A stretch of 36,802 nt of DNA from Christensenellales bacterium (GTDB lineage Bacteria; Bacillota; Clostridia; Christensenellales; UBA1242). The translations under genes and the position numbers were made by a program. Of this stretch, positions 26,512 through 36,148 are shown piece by piece. The first letter of the stretch is position 1. Every line of letters begins with the position of its first letter. The stretch spans positions 1-36,802 of the forward strand of contig JBJEXU010000121.1 in assembly GCA_051886095.1 (NCBI GenBank), written 5' to 3'. Below the pieces are notes generated by a model, which ran no database searches, was not told the origin of the DNA, and saw nothing but the letters and a program-made list of their open reading frames with translations.

Positions 26512-27024
26512 GTGGTGAATTTTATTATGGAAGAAAAAGAGAATTTATTTAAGTGTCCTAATGACTTAAAAGTTAAGATTAGTAAAGATAACGGAGAGTT
26601 AGTATTAGACGAGAGTTGTTGTACTAATTTATCTATAATTGTTAAAAATACAGGTGAAATTGCAACAAGTTTCTTTGGTGCTCATAACCCTGCAATGTTG
26701 AAAGTTTTAGACAAAACTTTAAAAAGTTATTTTAAGTCAATAAAAAAGACTTTAAGAGCCGAATACAAACGGGCAGATAACGAAGAAATTACCGTAATTA
26801 AAAATGGTAAAGAAACTAACTCTAAAGAAATTGAAAAGGCGCTTGAAAAAGAGGTTGATGTAAAAATCAAATATGAATTTGAAAGTTTAAAAGAGATTGA
26901 AGAGCATAATAAATTGGCTAAAAATAACATTACAAATAAAGAGGTTGGTAAAACATATAAGTCAAATGGTACCCCAAAACAAAACAAGAGCAAGATTAAA
27001 AATAGTAAAAAGACAAATAATTAA
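26512..27024 (+). CDS. Hypothetical protein with Lys-rich C-terminal tail
   Basis: 170-aa ORF as given (GTG start). The in-frame ATG at 26527 (MEEKENLF) is the more plausible start. No recognisable domain. The C-terminus is KSNGTPKQNKSKIKNSKKTNN. Confidence 0.5.
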   Translation: MVNFIMEEKENLFKCPNDLKVKISKDNGELVLDESCCTNLSIIVKNTGEIATSFFGAHNPAMLKVLDKTLKSYFKSIKKTLRAEYKRADNEEITVIKNGKETNSKEIEKALEKEVDVKIKYEFESLKEIEEHNKLAKNNITNKEVGKTYKSNGTPKQNKSKIKNSKKTNN

Positions 27025-27122
27025 TGTTATAATAACATTAATTTTTTCTTAAAAAATTGTCTTGTTATGTTGAATTTTTGAAAAAGTTATGTTAGGATAA
27101 TAATAAGATAGGATAAAGCGGG

Positions 27123-27782
27123 GTGGGCATTATGGAAACTCAGAATCTAGAAACAGAAAAACAAAAAGGAAAATTCTATGTATTTTTAGATGTAGATGGT
27201 GTTTTGTGGGACTGGAAATGGAGACTATCAGAAATTAAAAGTGGCAAGATTGATAGGATTAAACAAGGTGGTTTACCTTCTCACTTTAAGCCAGAAAGTG
27301 TAGAGGCACTAAATAAACTTCTAAATTATTTAGATGGTTTTTATGATGTTCAGTTGGTCCTTTCTTCGGCTTGGCGTGCATTAAATATAGATTATGTAAA
27401 AAAAGTATTTGTTAAGAATGGTATTTCTTCTAAATATGTAGAGAATATAGATAAAACACCTTTTGCCGATATGGGTGGAAGAGGTTTTTCTAAGACTGAA
27501 TTAAGGCCAAGAGGACAAGAAATAATGAAATACTTAGAGGGACAACCTCAATCAGAACCTTCATTAATTGTGCTAGATAATAATTGTTTCGATTTTGACA
27601 AATACCCTAAATTATTTTTTAATTTTATAAAAACAGACGGCAATAAAGACTCTCTTAATCCAAAACAAATTGATGCGTGGATAAAGAGAAATATTTATGA
27701 GAGAATTAAAGGAATTAATAAGAAAAGCACTACTGCAAATCCAGTACACGATGATTATTCTGATGATGAGTTCTATGCTTAA
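27123..27782 (+). CDS. HAD-superfamily phosphatase-like protein (resembles the HAD domains of the Swiss-army-knife RNA-repair group)
   Basis: FYVFLDVDGVLWDW (DxDG motif I), VLSSAWR (motif II) and IVLDNN (motif IV-like). The likely start is ATG 27132, after GGGGTGG. Confidence 0.6.
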   Translation: MGIMETQNLETEKQKGKFYVFLDVDGVLWDWKWRLSEIKSGKIDRIKQGGLPSHFKPESVEALNKLLNYLDGFYDVQLVLSSAWRALNIDYVKKVFVKNGISSKYVENIDKTPFADMGGRGFSKTELRPRGQEIMKYLEGQPQSEPSLIVLDNNCFDFDKYPKLFFNFIKTDGNKDSLNPKQIDAWIKRNIYERIKGINKKSTTANPVHDDYSDDEFYA

Positions 27783-27784
27783 CA

Positions 27785-27825
27785 AAAAAAATGAAGTAAT
27801 TAAAACAAAATTACTTCATTTTTTT
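27785..27825. terminator. Bidirectional intrinsic terminator
   Basis: AAAAAAATGAAGTAAT (27785-27800), 9-nt loop, ATTACTTCATTTTTTT (27810-27825). It lies between convergent genes. Confidence 0.8.
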
Positions 27826-27922
27826 GTATAAAGTTGTTTTTATACTGATAATGTTTCTGCCAAATTATGTAAAATATAAAATTACAATTAAATTATTAAT
27901 AAAAATATTTTCCTATTAATCA

Positions 27923-28999
27923 TTAGATGGTTCTTTCAGTTGGTACATAAATCATTCTTTTTTTCCATAACCAGGGGGTTTGGAACTGTTTTCCGCATAA
28001 AGCACTTATCATCATAGGAATTATTGTCAAAGCACATGCGCCGACTAGTACAGCACCTAAAATTGCTCCAATCATTGAAATGGTTGCTACTACTCCTACT
28101 ATTTCTACCCAATTAGGTAATAGAAAATATTGAGCAATTAATATCCCACCTAATATTTCCATTAAATTTAATTCAAGACCCTCGTTTGCGTGAATTCTTA
28201 CGAAACGATTTTTTCTCTTAAATAATAATGGAATAAAGAATAATAGGTATGCTAGCCAAGCAATCTTTCTGCCAGAAGCGATTTCGGATTCATCTAAATC
28301 AATATATCCAGAATTTTTCTTTGTCTTTCTTTCGCGTTTTTTATCGTCGTTTTTATTAGGTGTTGGTTGTTGAATAGTAATTGGTTGTTCGCTAGTCTGT
28401 TGCTCGCTAGGTTGTTGCATAGTTTCAGGAGTAAAGACACTATTATCTATCTTAGTACTATAGTCATTTTGAGATTCTGGCATAGTTGTGTTTGTGGTGG
28501 ATATGTAATCTGGTTTATTTTGTTCCATAGTATTTGTCTCCTGTTCATTTTGTGTGTTTTGGGTTCTGACAACAACTCTATCAAGTAAAGTGTCTGACAT
28601 TATAACTTCTGCTCCTGCAGAGGTTGGTTGATTACCTATATTATATGTGTTAGTTGGAGAGTCCTCATATAAATTAGATGTGCTTTGCTCAGGTTTATAA
28701 GTATTATAATCTTGATAATCAATATATTCTTCTTTGTATAATGGAGTAAACACAGTATTATCGGCTGGAGTAAAGGTACTAACAAGAGTTTCGTTGCCGT
28801 ATTGTTCTCTAAGAGTTGCTTGTTTGATTTTCTCCTCGTTAACTTGTTTTAACTTATTAAGTTTTTTAATAACTTCTGGGTCGATTTTTAGAGTGTAATT
28901 GCTCTGGTCGACCGGTTTGCCTGTAATATTATCTACTATTGTGTAGTTTCTAGTGCTTACAGGGAAATCCTGAAGTGTCATAACATTATCTGTTTCCAT
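27923..28999 (-). CDS. Membrane protein with DUF4870-like C-terminal domain and long Q/T/N-rich N-terminal region
   Basis: 358 aa. The C-terminal IAWLAYLLFFIPLLFKRKNRFVRIHANEGLELNL plus 3 TM helices match the DUF4870 pattern as I recall it. The N-terminal ~230 aa are low-complexity. SD AAGGTGA is upstream. Confidence 0.6.
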   Translation of the reverse strand: METDNVMTLQDFPVSTRNYTIVDNITGKPVDQSNYTLKIDPEVIKKLNKLKQVNEEKIKQATLREQYGNETLVSTFTPADNTVFTPLYKEEYIDYQDYNTYKPEQSTSNLYEDSPTNTYNIGNQPTSAGAEVIMSDTLLDRVVVRTQNTQNEQETNTMEQNKPDYISTTNTTMPESQNDYSTKIDNSVFTPETMQQPSEQQTSEQPITIQQPTPNKNDDKKRERKTKKNSGYIDLDESEIASGRKIAWLAYLLFFIPLLFKRKNRFVRIHANEGLELNLMEILGGILIAQYFLLPNWVEIVGVVATISMIGAILGAVLVGACALTIIPMMISALCGKQFQTPWLWKKRMIYVPTERTI

Positions 29000-29027
29000 T
29001 ATTTCACCTTTTTAATTTTGCTTAATC

Positions 29028-29762
29028 TTAATTTGCTTCTTCTTCTAATGTTTTATTCTGAACTATGAATGTAACACTTCCTTCTGGTGTGGTGTCAGGA
29101 GTTGTAGACTCTTCTTTATTTTTGTCTTCTGTAGATGATGCCTCACTTACTATTCTATCAATGATATCCTTGATTTTTTCTTCGGTTAGATTTTTTTCAA
29201 CAAATTCATCTACATATTTATAAACACTGCTTGTAATTTTTGTTTCTGAAATTTTTTCATAGATAGGGGTTCCAATTCCTGGTACTTGAGAAAGCAAACT
29301 GCATACTGCAAGTAAAGCAATAACTACTACTCCACCTCTAACGGCACCAAATACCATACCAAGAACTCTATTTATACCTGATAGAGCAGGGCTATTTTTA
29401 GTAATGCTTTCAAATATTTTAGAAAGAATATAAATTGCTAGTTTAACTATTAGGAATACGATAATTAAAGATATAATCCATACAACAAATTTTGCAACAT
29501 CAGAGTTCTGAAGTTCTGTGCCAAATATTGTTATTGCACTACCACTAGTAGCCTCATCAATTTTAGTTAAAATTAGTTCTTCAAAATTAAATATTTTGTT
29601 AATAAAATTAGATACATATTTTGCTGTAAAAATAGAAACGGCAAGAGCAATTCCTGTTCCAAATAGGCTTAGAATACTATCAAAGAAACCTTTGGCAATT
29701 CCAACTATTGTACTAACAACTAAAATAAAAATTAGTAATCCGTCAATAATATAATTCCACAT
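29028..29762 (-). CDS. cvpA: CvpA-family membrane protein
   Basis: 244 aa. N-terminus IIDGLLIFILVVSTIVGIAKGFFDSILSLFG and a 4-TM layout typical of CvpA. SD AAAGGAG is upstream. There is a 28-nt gap to the downstream gene, so it is probably an operon. Confidence 0.75.
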   Translation of the reverse strand: MWNYIIDGLLIFILVVSTIVGIAKGFFDSILSLFGTGIALAVSIFTAKYVSNFINKIFNFEELILTKIDEATSGSAITIFGTELQNSDVAKFVVWIISLIIVFLIVKLAIYILSKIFESITKNSPALSGINRVLGMVFGAVRGGVVVIALLAVCSLLSQVPGIGTPIYEKISETKITSSVYKYVDEFVEKNLTEEKIKDIIDRIVSEASSTEDKNKEESTTPDTTPEGSVTFIVQNKTLEEEAN

Positions 29763-29865
29763 AACGATAAACTCCTTTGGTGCTAAGTGTTATTTATGAT
29801 TTTGTTTAATACTAAGAACTAATCAAAATTAAGCCTTAGTAAATAAAAACACATAATAGTCATCA

Positions 29866-29917
29866 GTTTATATCAAATGCCACCAACGCGATACTTGCAT
29901 AAACTTCCTATATTACA
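29866..29917. repeat. Short conserved intergenic element Y (paralog of X)
   Basis: GTTTATATCAAATGCCACCAACGCGATACTTGCATAAACTTCCTATATTA. See element X. ATGCCAC..GCGATACTTGC parallels ATGCCACGCAATACTGCG of copy A. Confidence 0.6.
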
Positions 29918-30076
29918 AATAATATATCATATGCGAAAATATTTGTCATTTAATGTTGAGAAGGTTTTTAAAATTTTTCATTTTGTTTTTTTATATCCAT
30001 AATTTATCTAAATAAACTAGAAAAAGATATTTATGTGTTTTAAAAAGTTCATTTTAGTAAAAAATCTAGTAATTAA

Positions 30077-30619
30077 ATGAAATTAAGTGGAGAGGATATG
30101 TTAAAAGAATATTCTAAAACTAGAGATGACTTAAAGAACTTTGCATACGAACTTATGCGAAATCTAAGAAAAGGATATTATCCCGTTTTTTTATGCGTCG
30201 GTAGTGATAAATTTGTTTGTGATAGTCTTGCTCCAATAGTGGCAGAATTGCTGAGAAAAAAATACAATATCAAGGCTTATGTTTATGGTGGACTGGATTA
30301 TAATATTAATGCTAGCAATTTAGTACAAGCGGTTAATTATATTGAAACCGAACACCCTTATTCAAGCCTTGTTTTGATTGATGCAACACTTGGCAATAAT
30401 GTTGGAAGTATAAGACTCACAAACGGCAGTTTTGCAGGGCTTGGACGCGAATTGCCAATAAAAAAAATAGGTCAAATTTCTATACTAGGAGTGGTTGGTA
30501 GAAAGGGTAAAAATTTCGACCTTAATTCCACTAGACTTAAAGTTGTAACCGACCTTGCTCAGTTTATATCACAAGGCTGTGCAATGGCGGTGTGGAAATT
30601 AAGTGAAAGTTTAAAATGA
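30077..30619 (+). CDS. yyaC: YyaC-family (DUF1256) putative sporulation protease
   Basis: 180 aa. FLCVGSDKFVCDSLAPIVAELL and LIDATLG match the YyaC/GPR-like pattern. ATG at 30098 follows GGAGAGG and may be the true start. Confidence 0.7.
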   Translation: MKLSGEDMLKEYSKTRDDLKNFAYELMRNLRKGYYPVFLCVGSDKFVCDSLAPIVAELLRKKYNIKAYVYGGLDYNINASNLVQAVNYIETEHPYSSLVLIDATLGNNVGSIRLTNGSFAGLGRELPIKKIGQISILGVVGRKGKNFDLNSTRLKVVTDLAQFISQGCAMAVWKLSESLK

Positions 30620-30781
30620 CAAATTTTGCGGAAAATTTTTTATATTATAAAATTAAAAAGTATTAAAATTAAAATATAATCAAAAAAAAGTTGTTTTTTT
30701 GAATGGGTTTATGTTATCATATATTTGCTTAAAATTTAAGTGAATAAAGATTTAAAAGGTGTTAATCTATTTGATTAATGC

Positions 30782-33244
30782 TTGGAGGTAAGAAATTTGA
30801 AAAAGACGAGCAATAGACTTAGAACATTTGTCATAGTAGTTGCATTCTTAATAATTTTTGGCATAATGTTTTATTTTGCTGGTATGGGAGATACTGGCGA
30901 ACTTGTAAATATGACACAAGTTCAGGATATGGTAAGGTATGGCTATTATACTACACCTGATATTGACGAAGAAGGTAACCCTACTGAGAAGAAAGTTGAA
31001 ACTGGCTATGTAACTGATATTTATGTTTGTGGCGGAAATGGTTATATAAAAGTGAAAAATACTGGTGTGGAAGGTAGGGCTTTCCCTAAGTATGCCGATT
31101 ATTATTTTACTTATAACAACACAACTGAAGATTTAAAATTTATTGAAGAATTTAACCAAATGGTTGATGCTGCCAAGAGGGGTGTTACCGAGTATGAACT
31201 TGAAGGCGGAGTTGTTATAAACATTTCTGATTATGCTACTTTATCTAAAATTGCATATAGCAAAGTTAATCCAACAACTAGTTTCTTTGAAACAGCACTT
31301 CCTTACATTATTATGTCAATTATTGTAATAATGATTGGATTTGTTTTATTTAAATTATTCTCTGGTAAAAATGGTGGCGCTAATGCATTTACTCGTAACA
31401 GAGCAAGAATGGTTGAGAAATGCAATGTTAAATTCTCAGATATTGCTGGTGCTGAAGAAGAGAAAGAAGAGACAAGAGAAATTGTTGAATTTCTTAAAGA
31501 CCCAGCCAAGTTTAAAGCATTAGGTGCTAGAATACCTAAAGGAATATTACTAGTTGGTAATCCAGGAACGGGTAAAACACTTCTTGCTAAGGCCGTAGCA
31601 GGAGAAAGTAATGTTCCATTCTTCAGTATATCTGGTAGCGATTTTGTTGAACTTTATGTTGGTGTAGGTGCTAGTAGAGTAAGAGACTTATTTGAAAATG
31701 CTAAGAAAAATGCCCCTTGTATTGTATTTATTGATGAGATAGATGCTGTAGGTAGACAAAGAGGTGCTGGCCTTGGTGGCGGAAACGATGAAAGAGAACA
31801 AACACTTAACCAATTACTAGTTGAAATGGACGGATTTGATAGTAACTCGGGTATAATTATTCTTGCAGCAACTAATAGAGCAGATGTTCTTGACCCAGCA
31901 CTATTAAGACCTGGTAGATTTGATAGACAGATTTATGTTAATGTCCCAGATGTTAAAGGTAGAGAAGGTATTATTAGAATACACGCAAAGAATAAACCTA
32001 TTGAAGAGAGTGTGGACTTTAAAGATATTGCTAGACTAACTAGCGGATTTACAGGAGCAGATATTGAGAACTTCCTTAACGAAGCAGCAATACTTGCAGC
32101 AAGGGATAATAGACTTACAATTACAATGGAAGATTTAACAGAGGGTATTAATAAAGTTCTTATGGGACCTCAAAAGAAATCTAGACTTGTAACTGAGAAT
32201 GATAAAAAGTTAACCGCTTATCACGAGAGTGGTCACGCAATTATTGCTAAATTTATGGAATGTGGAGATACTGTTCACGAAGTATCAATTATTCCAAGAG
32301 GAATGGCGGGTGGTTATACAAATATAAGACCAGCCGATGACGATAGTCATTATAGTTACAACAAACTTTGTAATAGAATTAGTATGATGATGGGTGGTAG
32401 AATTGCCGAAGAAATAGTATTTAAAGATATTACTGCGGGTGCAAGTTCCGATATTCAGAAAGCAACCGAACTTGCTAGAAAGATGGTTGCCGAATGGGGT
32501 ATGAGTGAGAAACTTGGATTTATGAGTTTTGGTTCTAATAACGAGGTGTTTATTGGAAGAGATTATCAAGTTCAGAACCAATATAGTGATTCTACAGCCA
32601 AAATAATTGATGACGAAGTCAAAGCAATTCTTGATAAATGTTATACTAAAGCCAAGAAACTTCTTGAGAGTAAAAGAGATTTGTTAGATAGAATGTCTAA
32701 TTTGCTTCTTGTGGAGGAAACAATTTATACAGAGGAAGTTGACGAATTAATCGCGGGAAAGAGTAGCGAAGAAATTTCTCAAAGACTTCACGAGAAGGCA
32801 GAGAAGAGAAAAGAAAAAGAGGACGAAATTCGCAAAGAACAAGAACTTATTAAACTTGAGAAAATGCAATCACTTAAAATTAAAGCCGCAGAAGCATTGA
32901 AAGAAGCGGGTGTAATTGGTGAAGACGAGTTTGCTAAACTTAAAGAAGAGTATGATAAAATTGTTAAAGAAAAGGACGAATTCCTAACCACTCGCAATGA
33001 CGAATTAAAACACAAAGTAGAAGAAAAATTGGCAGAGACTAAAAGTGAGAGTAAAATTGATATAGAAACTAAGGAATCAGAGTCTCCTAGCGAGAAAGCA
33101 ACTGAAACTGCTGTAACAAAGCCTAAGAAAACTACAAAAAAGACTACTAAAACTTCTGGCGATAAAAAGGCAACTTCTAAAACCACAACAAAAAAGACTA
33201 CAAGTAAGAATAGTAAAACTAGTAATGATAAATCGGATAAGTAA
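30782..33244 (+). CDS. ftsH: ATP-dependent zinc metalloprotease FtsH (extended ectodomain and C-terminal tail)
   Basis: Walker [18 protein letters not shown], Walker [33 protein letters not shown], and zinc site HESGHAI. The probable true start is TTG 30797, 8 nt after GGAGG (30784-30788). Confidence 0.93.
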   Translation: MEVRNLKKTSNRLRTFVIVVAFLIIFGIMFYFAGMGDTGELVNMTQVQDMVRYGYYTTPDIDEEGNPTEKKVETGYVTDIYVCGGNGYIKVKNTGVEGRAFPKYADYYFTYNNTTEDLKFIEEFNQMVDAAKRGVTEYELEGGVVINISDYATLSKIAYSKVNPTTSFFETALPYIIMSIIVIMIGFVLFKLFSGKNGGANAFTRNRARMVEKCNVKFSDIAGAEEEKEETREIVEFLKDPAKFKALGARIPKGILLVGNPGTGKTLLAKAVAGESNVPFFSISGSDFVELYVGVGASRVRDLFENAKKNAPCIVFIDEIDAVGRQRGAGLGGGNDEREQTLNQLLVEMDGFDSNSGIIILAATNRADVLDPALLRPGRFDRQIYVNVPDVKGREGIIRIHAKNKPIEESVDFKDIARLTSGFTGADIENFLNEAAILAARDNRLTITMEDLTEGINKVLMGPQKKSRLVTENDKKLTAYHESGHAIIAKFMECGDTVHEVSIIPRGMAGGYTNIRPADDDSHYSYNKLCNRISMMMGGRIAEEIVFKDITAGASSDIQKATELARKMVAEWGMSEKLGFMSFGSNNEVFIGRDYQVQNQYSDSTAKIIDDEVKAILDKCYTKAKKLLESKRDLLDRMSNLLLVEETIYTEEVDELIAGKSSEEISQRLHEKAEKRKEKEDEIRKEQELIKLEKMQSLKIKAAEALKEAGVIGEDEFAKLKEEYDKIVKEKDEFLTTRNDELKHKVEEKLAETKSESKIDIETKESESPSEKATETAVTKPKKTTKKTTKTSGDKKATSKTTTKKTTSKNSKTSNDKSDK

Positions 33245-33329
33245 AAAGAGTTTAATTATTTGACTTAAAGTTTATTTTGTACTATTCTAGACATATAATT
33301 TAAAATAACCGAAACAAAAAGGATAAAAT

Positions 33330-33959
33330 ATGAAAACAAATTTAGCCAAAAACATATTATCAATAACAATAGTGTCTATTGTTCTTGCTCTAGTGCTTGT
33401 AACAATTATACTAGCACTTGTCCCTAAGAAATTAGAAAATTTAATACCTAGCGGATATACTTCAATTACTGTGTATAACGATAATCTTGACCAGACTTAT
33501 TATTATACAGCCAATGCAACTGATGCAGATGCTGTTAAAGAGAATGGCATTTATCGTAAAATAGAAGAATTACATCTTAATAGTCTTAAGGATAATTTAT
33601 TAAGTGCAATGTTCCAAGGTACTGGTAGTTTTGATATTAGAGTAGACTCTAATTATTATTCAAATGCTATTACACAAGCCAAGTCAGATTCTTCTAAAGT
33701 TTTGGTATTCACTTTTACTAAAGGGGAAGAAACTTTAAAAATTGGCGGAAAGGAATATAGAGATACAAGTGCATTATCTAGCACTCTTGTAACTTTTGAT
33801 ATGATAGTAATGCCTATAGGTAGTAGTGATAGTTTTGAAGAATGCACCATCTATTTAGCAGATAGGAGCACTAAGAATACATCATATCAGGTTAAATTCC
33901 TTGCCCATCAGAGTGATTTGGCAAAATATATTAGCGAACTTACTTTCCCAGTAGTTTAA
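33330..33959 (+). CDS. Hypothetical membrane-anchored protein
   Basis: 209 aa with a single N-terminal TM helix (ILSITIVSIVLALVLVTIILALV) and a soluble remainder. SD AAGGA is upstream. No family recognised. Confidence 0.55.
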   Translation: MKTNLAKNILSITIVSIVLALVLVTIILALVPKKLENLIPSGYTSITVYNDNLDQTYYYTANATDADAVKENGIYRKIEELHLNSLKDNLLSAMFQGTGSFDIRVDSNYYSNAITQAKSDSSKVLVFTFTKGEETLKIGGKEYRDTSALSSTLVTFDMIVMPIGSSDSFEECTIYLADRSTKNTSYQVKFLAHQSDLAKYISELTFPVV

Positions 33960-33976
33960 TAAAGGAAAAACTTTTT

Positions 33977-34022
33977 AGACTTGAGATTTTTATTTAATTT
34001 AAATATCTTAAGTCTTTTTTTG
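33977..34022 (+). terminator. Intrinsic terminator
   Basis: AGACTTGAGAT (33977-33987) pairs with ATCTTAAGTCT (34005-34015) with one G:U, followed by T7. Confidence 0.7.
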
Positions 34023-34094
34023 TTCTCTTGTTATTAAAAAACGAGAAAATTATATTATTTATTAATGCTTGAGAGAAAAAAGAAAAAAATATTG

Positions 34095-34123
34095 TTGACA
34101 TTTGGGCGTTTATTTATTATACT
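34095..34123 (+). promoter_or_regulatory. Strong sigma-70-type promoter for rpmH
   Basis: TTGACA (34095-34100), 17-nt spacer, TATACT (34118-34123). Confidence 0.65.
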
Positions 34124-34239
34124 AATTAAGCAAATTTTTGTAATAGTTAATTTTTTTATTTAACTAAATTTATATAGGAAAAATGCAATGTGTAATTACA
34201 CTTGCTTTTCACATAACAAATAAAAGGAAGGGATATACA

Positions 34240-34374
34240 ATGAAAAGAACTTATCAACCAAAGAAAAGACAAAGAAGCAAAGTTCACGGTTTCAGAGCAA
34301 GAATGAGAACTAAGGGCGGTAAGAAAGTTATTAAGAATAGAAGAAATCGCGGTAGAGCCAAACTTTCTGCTTAA
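34240..34374 (+). CDS. rpmH: 50S ribosomal protein L34
   Basis: [44 protein letters not shown] (44 aa), near-universal L34 sequence. It starts at the internal ATG of the 34183 ORF, after AAGGAAGGGA. Confidence 0.95.
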   Translation: MKRTYQPKKRQRSKVHGFRARMRTKGGKKVIKNRRNRGRAKLSA

Positions 34375-34397
34375 ATTAATTTAATATGTTTTTTTGG

Positions 34398-34429
34398 TGT
34401 CTATAAAAAATATTTTATAGACATATTTT
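34398..34429 (+). terminator. Hairpin/partial terminator between rpmH and rnpA
   Basis: TGTCTATAAAA (34398-34408), loop AATA, TTTTATAGACA (34413-34423), then TATTTT. Confidence 0.55.
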
Positions 34430-34447
34430 GAATTTAAGAGGTTATGT

Positions 34448-34786
34448 ATGCTACAAGAAAAAAATAGGCTTAGGAAACGCAAAGAGTTTGCCTATCTTTA
34501 CAATAACGGAACAGCCAAGCATACTGCTAACTTGACAGTTGTTTACTTACCTACTAAACATAGAGTGCTTAAAATAGGATTTTCCATTTCTAAAAAAATT
34601 GGTAAAGCACATACTCGTAATCTTATCAAGCGTAGACTTAGAGCAATCGTAAGAGAATTGGTACCTAATCTACCAAACGATTATAATATTGTAGTAATTG
34701 CCAAAGTCGGGGTTGAGAAATTGACTTTTGCTGAACTTAAAACACAAACAGAATTAGTTTTTAGAAAAACGGGGTTACTAAAATAA
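34448..34786 (+). CDS. rnpA: Ribonuclease P protein component
   Basis: 112 aa, basic, with an RNR-type motif (NLIKRRLRAI). It sits immediately after rpmH. Confidence 0.88.
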   Translation: MLQEKNRLRKRKEFAYLYNNGTAKHTANLTVVYLPTKHRVLKIGFSISKKIGKAHTRNLIKRRLRAIVRELVPNLPNDYNIVVIAKVGVEKLTFAELKTQTELVFRKTGLLK

Positions 34787-35067
34787 TGTGGGTTAAAGTA
34801 ACGATTGAAGCATTATTTTATCCATTTAAAGCAGGTCTTATTGTGCTTATCTGGTTATATAAAAAACTGATTAGCCCAATGTTTCCCAAAACCTGTAGGT
34901 TCTATCCGACCTGTTCTGAATATATGCTTATTGCTATTAATGAATGGGGACTTTTTAAGGGGCTGGTTTTAGGTATTAAAAGAATATGCAGATGCCGACC
35001 AAATGGAAAATGTGGGGAAGATTTTGTTCCGCTTAATATTAAAGGAGATTTAAAATGGATTTTTTAG
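34786..35067 (+). CDS. yidD: Membrane protein insertion efficiency factor YidD
   Basis: YKKLISPMFPKTCRFYPTCSEYMLIAINEWGLFKGLVLGIKRICRCRP matches the YidD signature. TAATG overlap with rnpA. Confidence 0.88.
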   Translation: MWVKVTIEALFYPFKAGLIVLIWLYKKLISPMFPKTCRFYPTCSEYMLIAINEWGLFKGLVLGIKRICRCRPNGKCGEDFVPLNIKGDLKWIF

Positions 35068-36146
35068 CCATTACACTTACAAAGCCGACTGGCCTTTGGG
35101 AGAGTATCATTTTTGGAATGGAAAACTCTCTTAGAGATTATGCATTGGCTTTAATTATTGTAACAATACTTATTAAACTTGTTATGGTTCCTTTTGACTT
35201 TGTGAATAAGTATTCTTCTAAGAAGAGTGCTAGAAAGCAAGCAGAGATGAAACCCGAACTTGACAAGGTTAATGCTAAGTATGCTAATGACAAAAATATG
35301 CTTAATCAGAAAACTATGGAGGTTTACAAGTCTCACAACTACAATGTTATGGGCACTTGTGTAGGAATGCTTGTTTATTTAGTATTCACAATGGTGGTTT
35401 TCTGGACACTATTTGCTTCATTGAATAAGATTTCTTACTATAAGATAGGCGACCAGTTCTTACAAGTTAGAAGAGAATACTTTGCCTCATATAGTATAGA
35501 TGTAGACGCGTTAGGAGACGAGACAACAGCCCTAGACGAATATAATCTTGTAATAAAAGACTTAACAGAGGAACAATTAGTTGAGTTTAAAGCAAGTGCA
35601 GAAACTAATGCTAATGCTAAATATCAGGAAACTAAAACGGGTTTCTTATGGATTGAGAATATATGGCTTGCAGATAGTACAACTAATCCAGTAATGAAAT
35701 ATTCCGACTTTATCAAGAAGAGTGGAATTAGCGAGAGCCAAATTACTGAAGCAGAATATAACTTAATTATGGAGCCTATTAAGACAGGCGAAAGAAAGAA
35801 TAACGGATATTTTGTTTTAGCAGTTCTTGCTGCAGGACTTAACTTCCTTTCTATGCAAGTTAATACTTGGGTATCTAAGAGAAAAGCAAAGAAGCAGGGT
35901 ATAGACCCAGCACTTATGACCAATACGGGTTCTAATAAATTGATGTCAATTATTATGCCAGTAATTATGGGTGTCTTCACATTATTCTATAACGCTGCAT
36001 TTGGTCTATATATCGTAGCAGGTGCATTAATAACCTTAATTACTAGTCCGTTAGTTACAATGTTTGTAGATATATTAGAGGTCGAGGCAATTAAGAAAGA
36101 GCAGAATAGAAATGTTGCAATATACGATAGAAAAAGAAGGAAATAA
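35055..36146 (+). CDS. yidC: Membrane protein insertase YidC
   Basis: 363 aa. Contains the LIKLVMVPFDFVNKYSSKKSARKQAEMKPELDKVNAKY and EVYKSHNYNVMG segments typical of YidC/Oxa1. It overlaps yidD by 13 nt and has a basic C-terminal tail. Confidence 0.9.
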   Translation: MDFLAITLTKPTGLWESIIFGMENSLRDYALALIIVTILIKLVMVPFDFVNKYSSKKSARKQAEMKPELDKVNAKYANDKNMLNQKTMEVYKSHNYNVMGTCVGMLVYLVFTMVVFWTLFASLNKISYYKIGDQFLQVRREYFASYSIDVDALGDETTALDEYNLVIKDLTEEQLVEFKASAETNANAKYQETKTGFLWIENIWLADSTTNPVMKYSDFIKKSGISESQITEAEYNLIMEPIKTGERKNNGYFVLAVLAAGLNFLSMQVNTWVSKRKAKKQGIDPALMTNTGSNKLMSIIMPVIMGVFTLFYNAAFGLYIVAGALITLITSPLVTMFVDILEVEAIKKEQNRNVAIYDRKRRK

Positions 36147-36148
36147 TT

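Noticed and set aside
29856-29866. CUGAUGA (hammerhead core-like) on the minus strand inside element Y
   Set aside because: No downstream GAAA with matching stems II/III could be drawn, and paralog X has CAGACGA at the same place. This is a chance heptamer.
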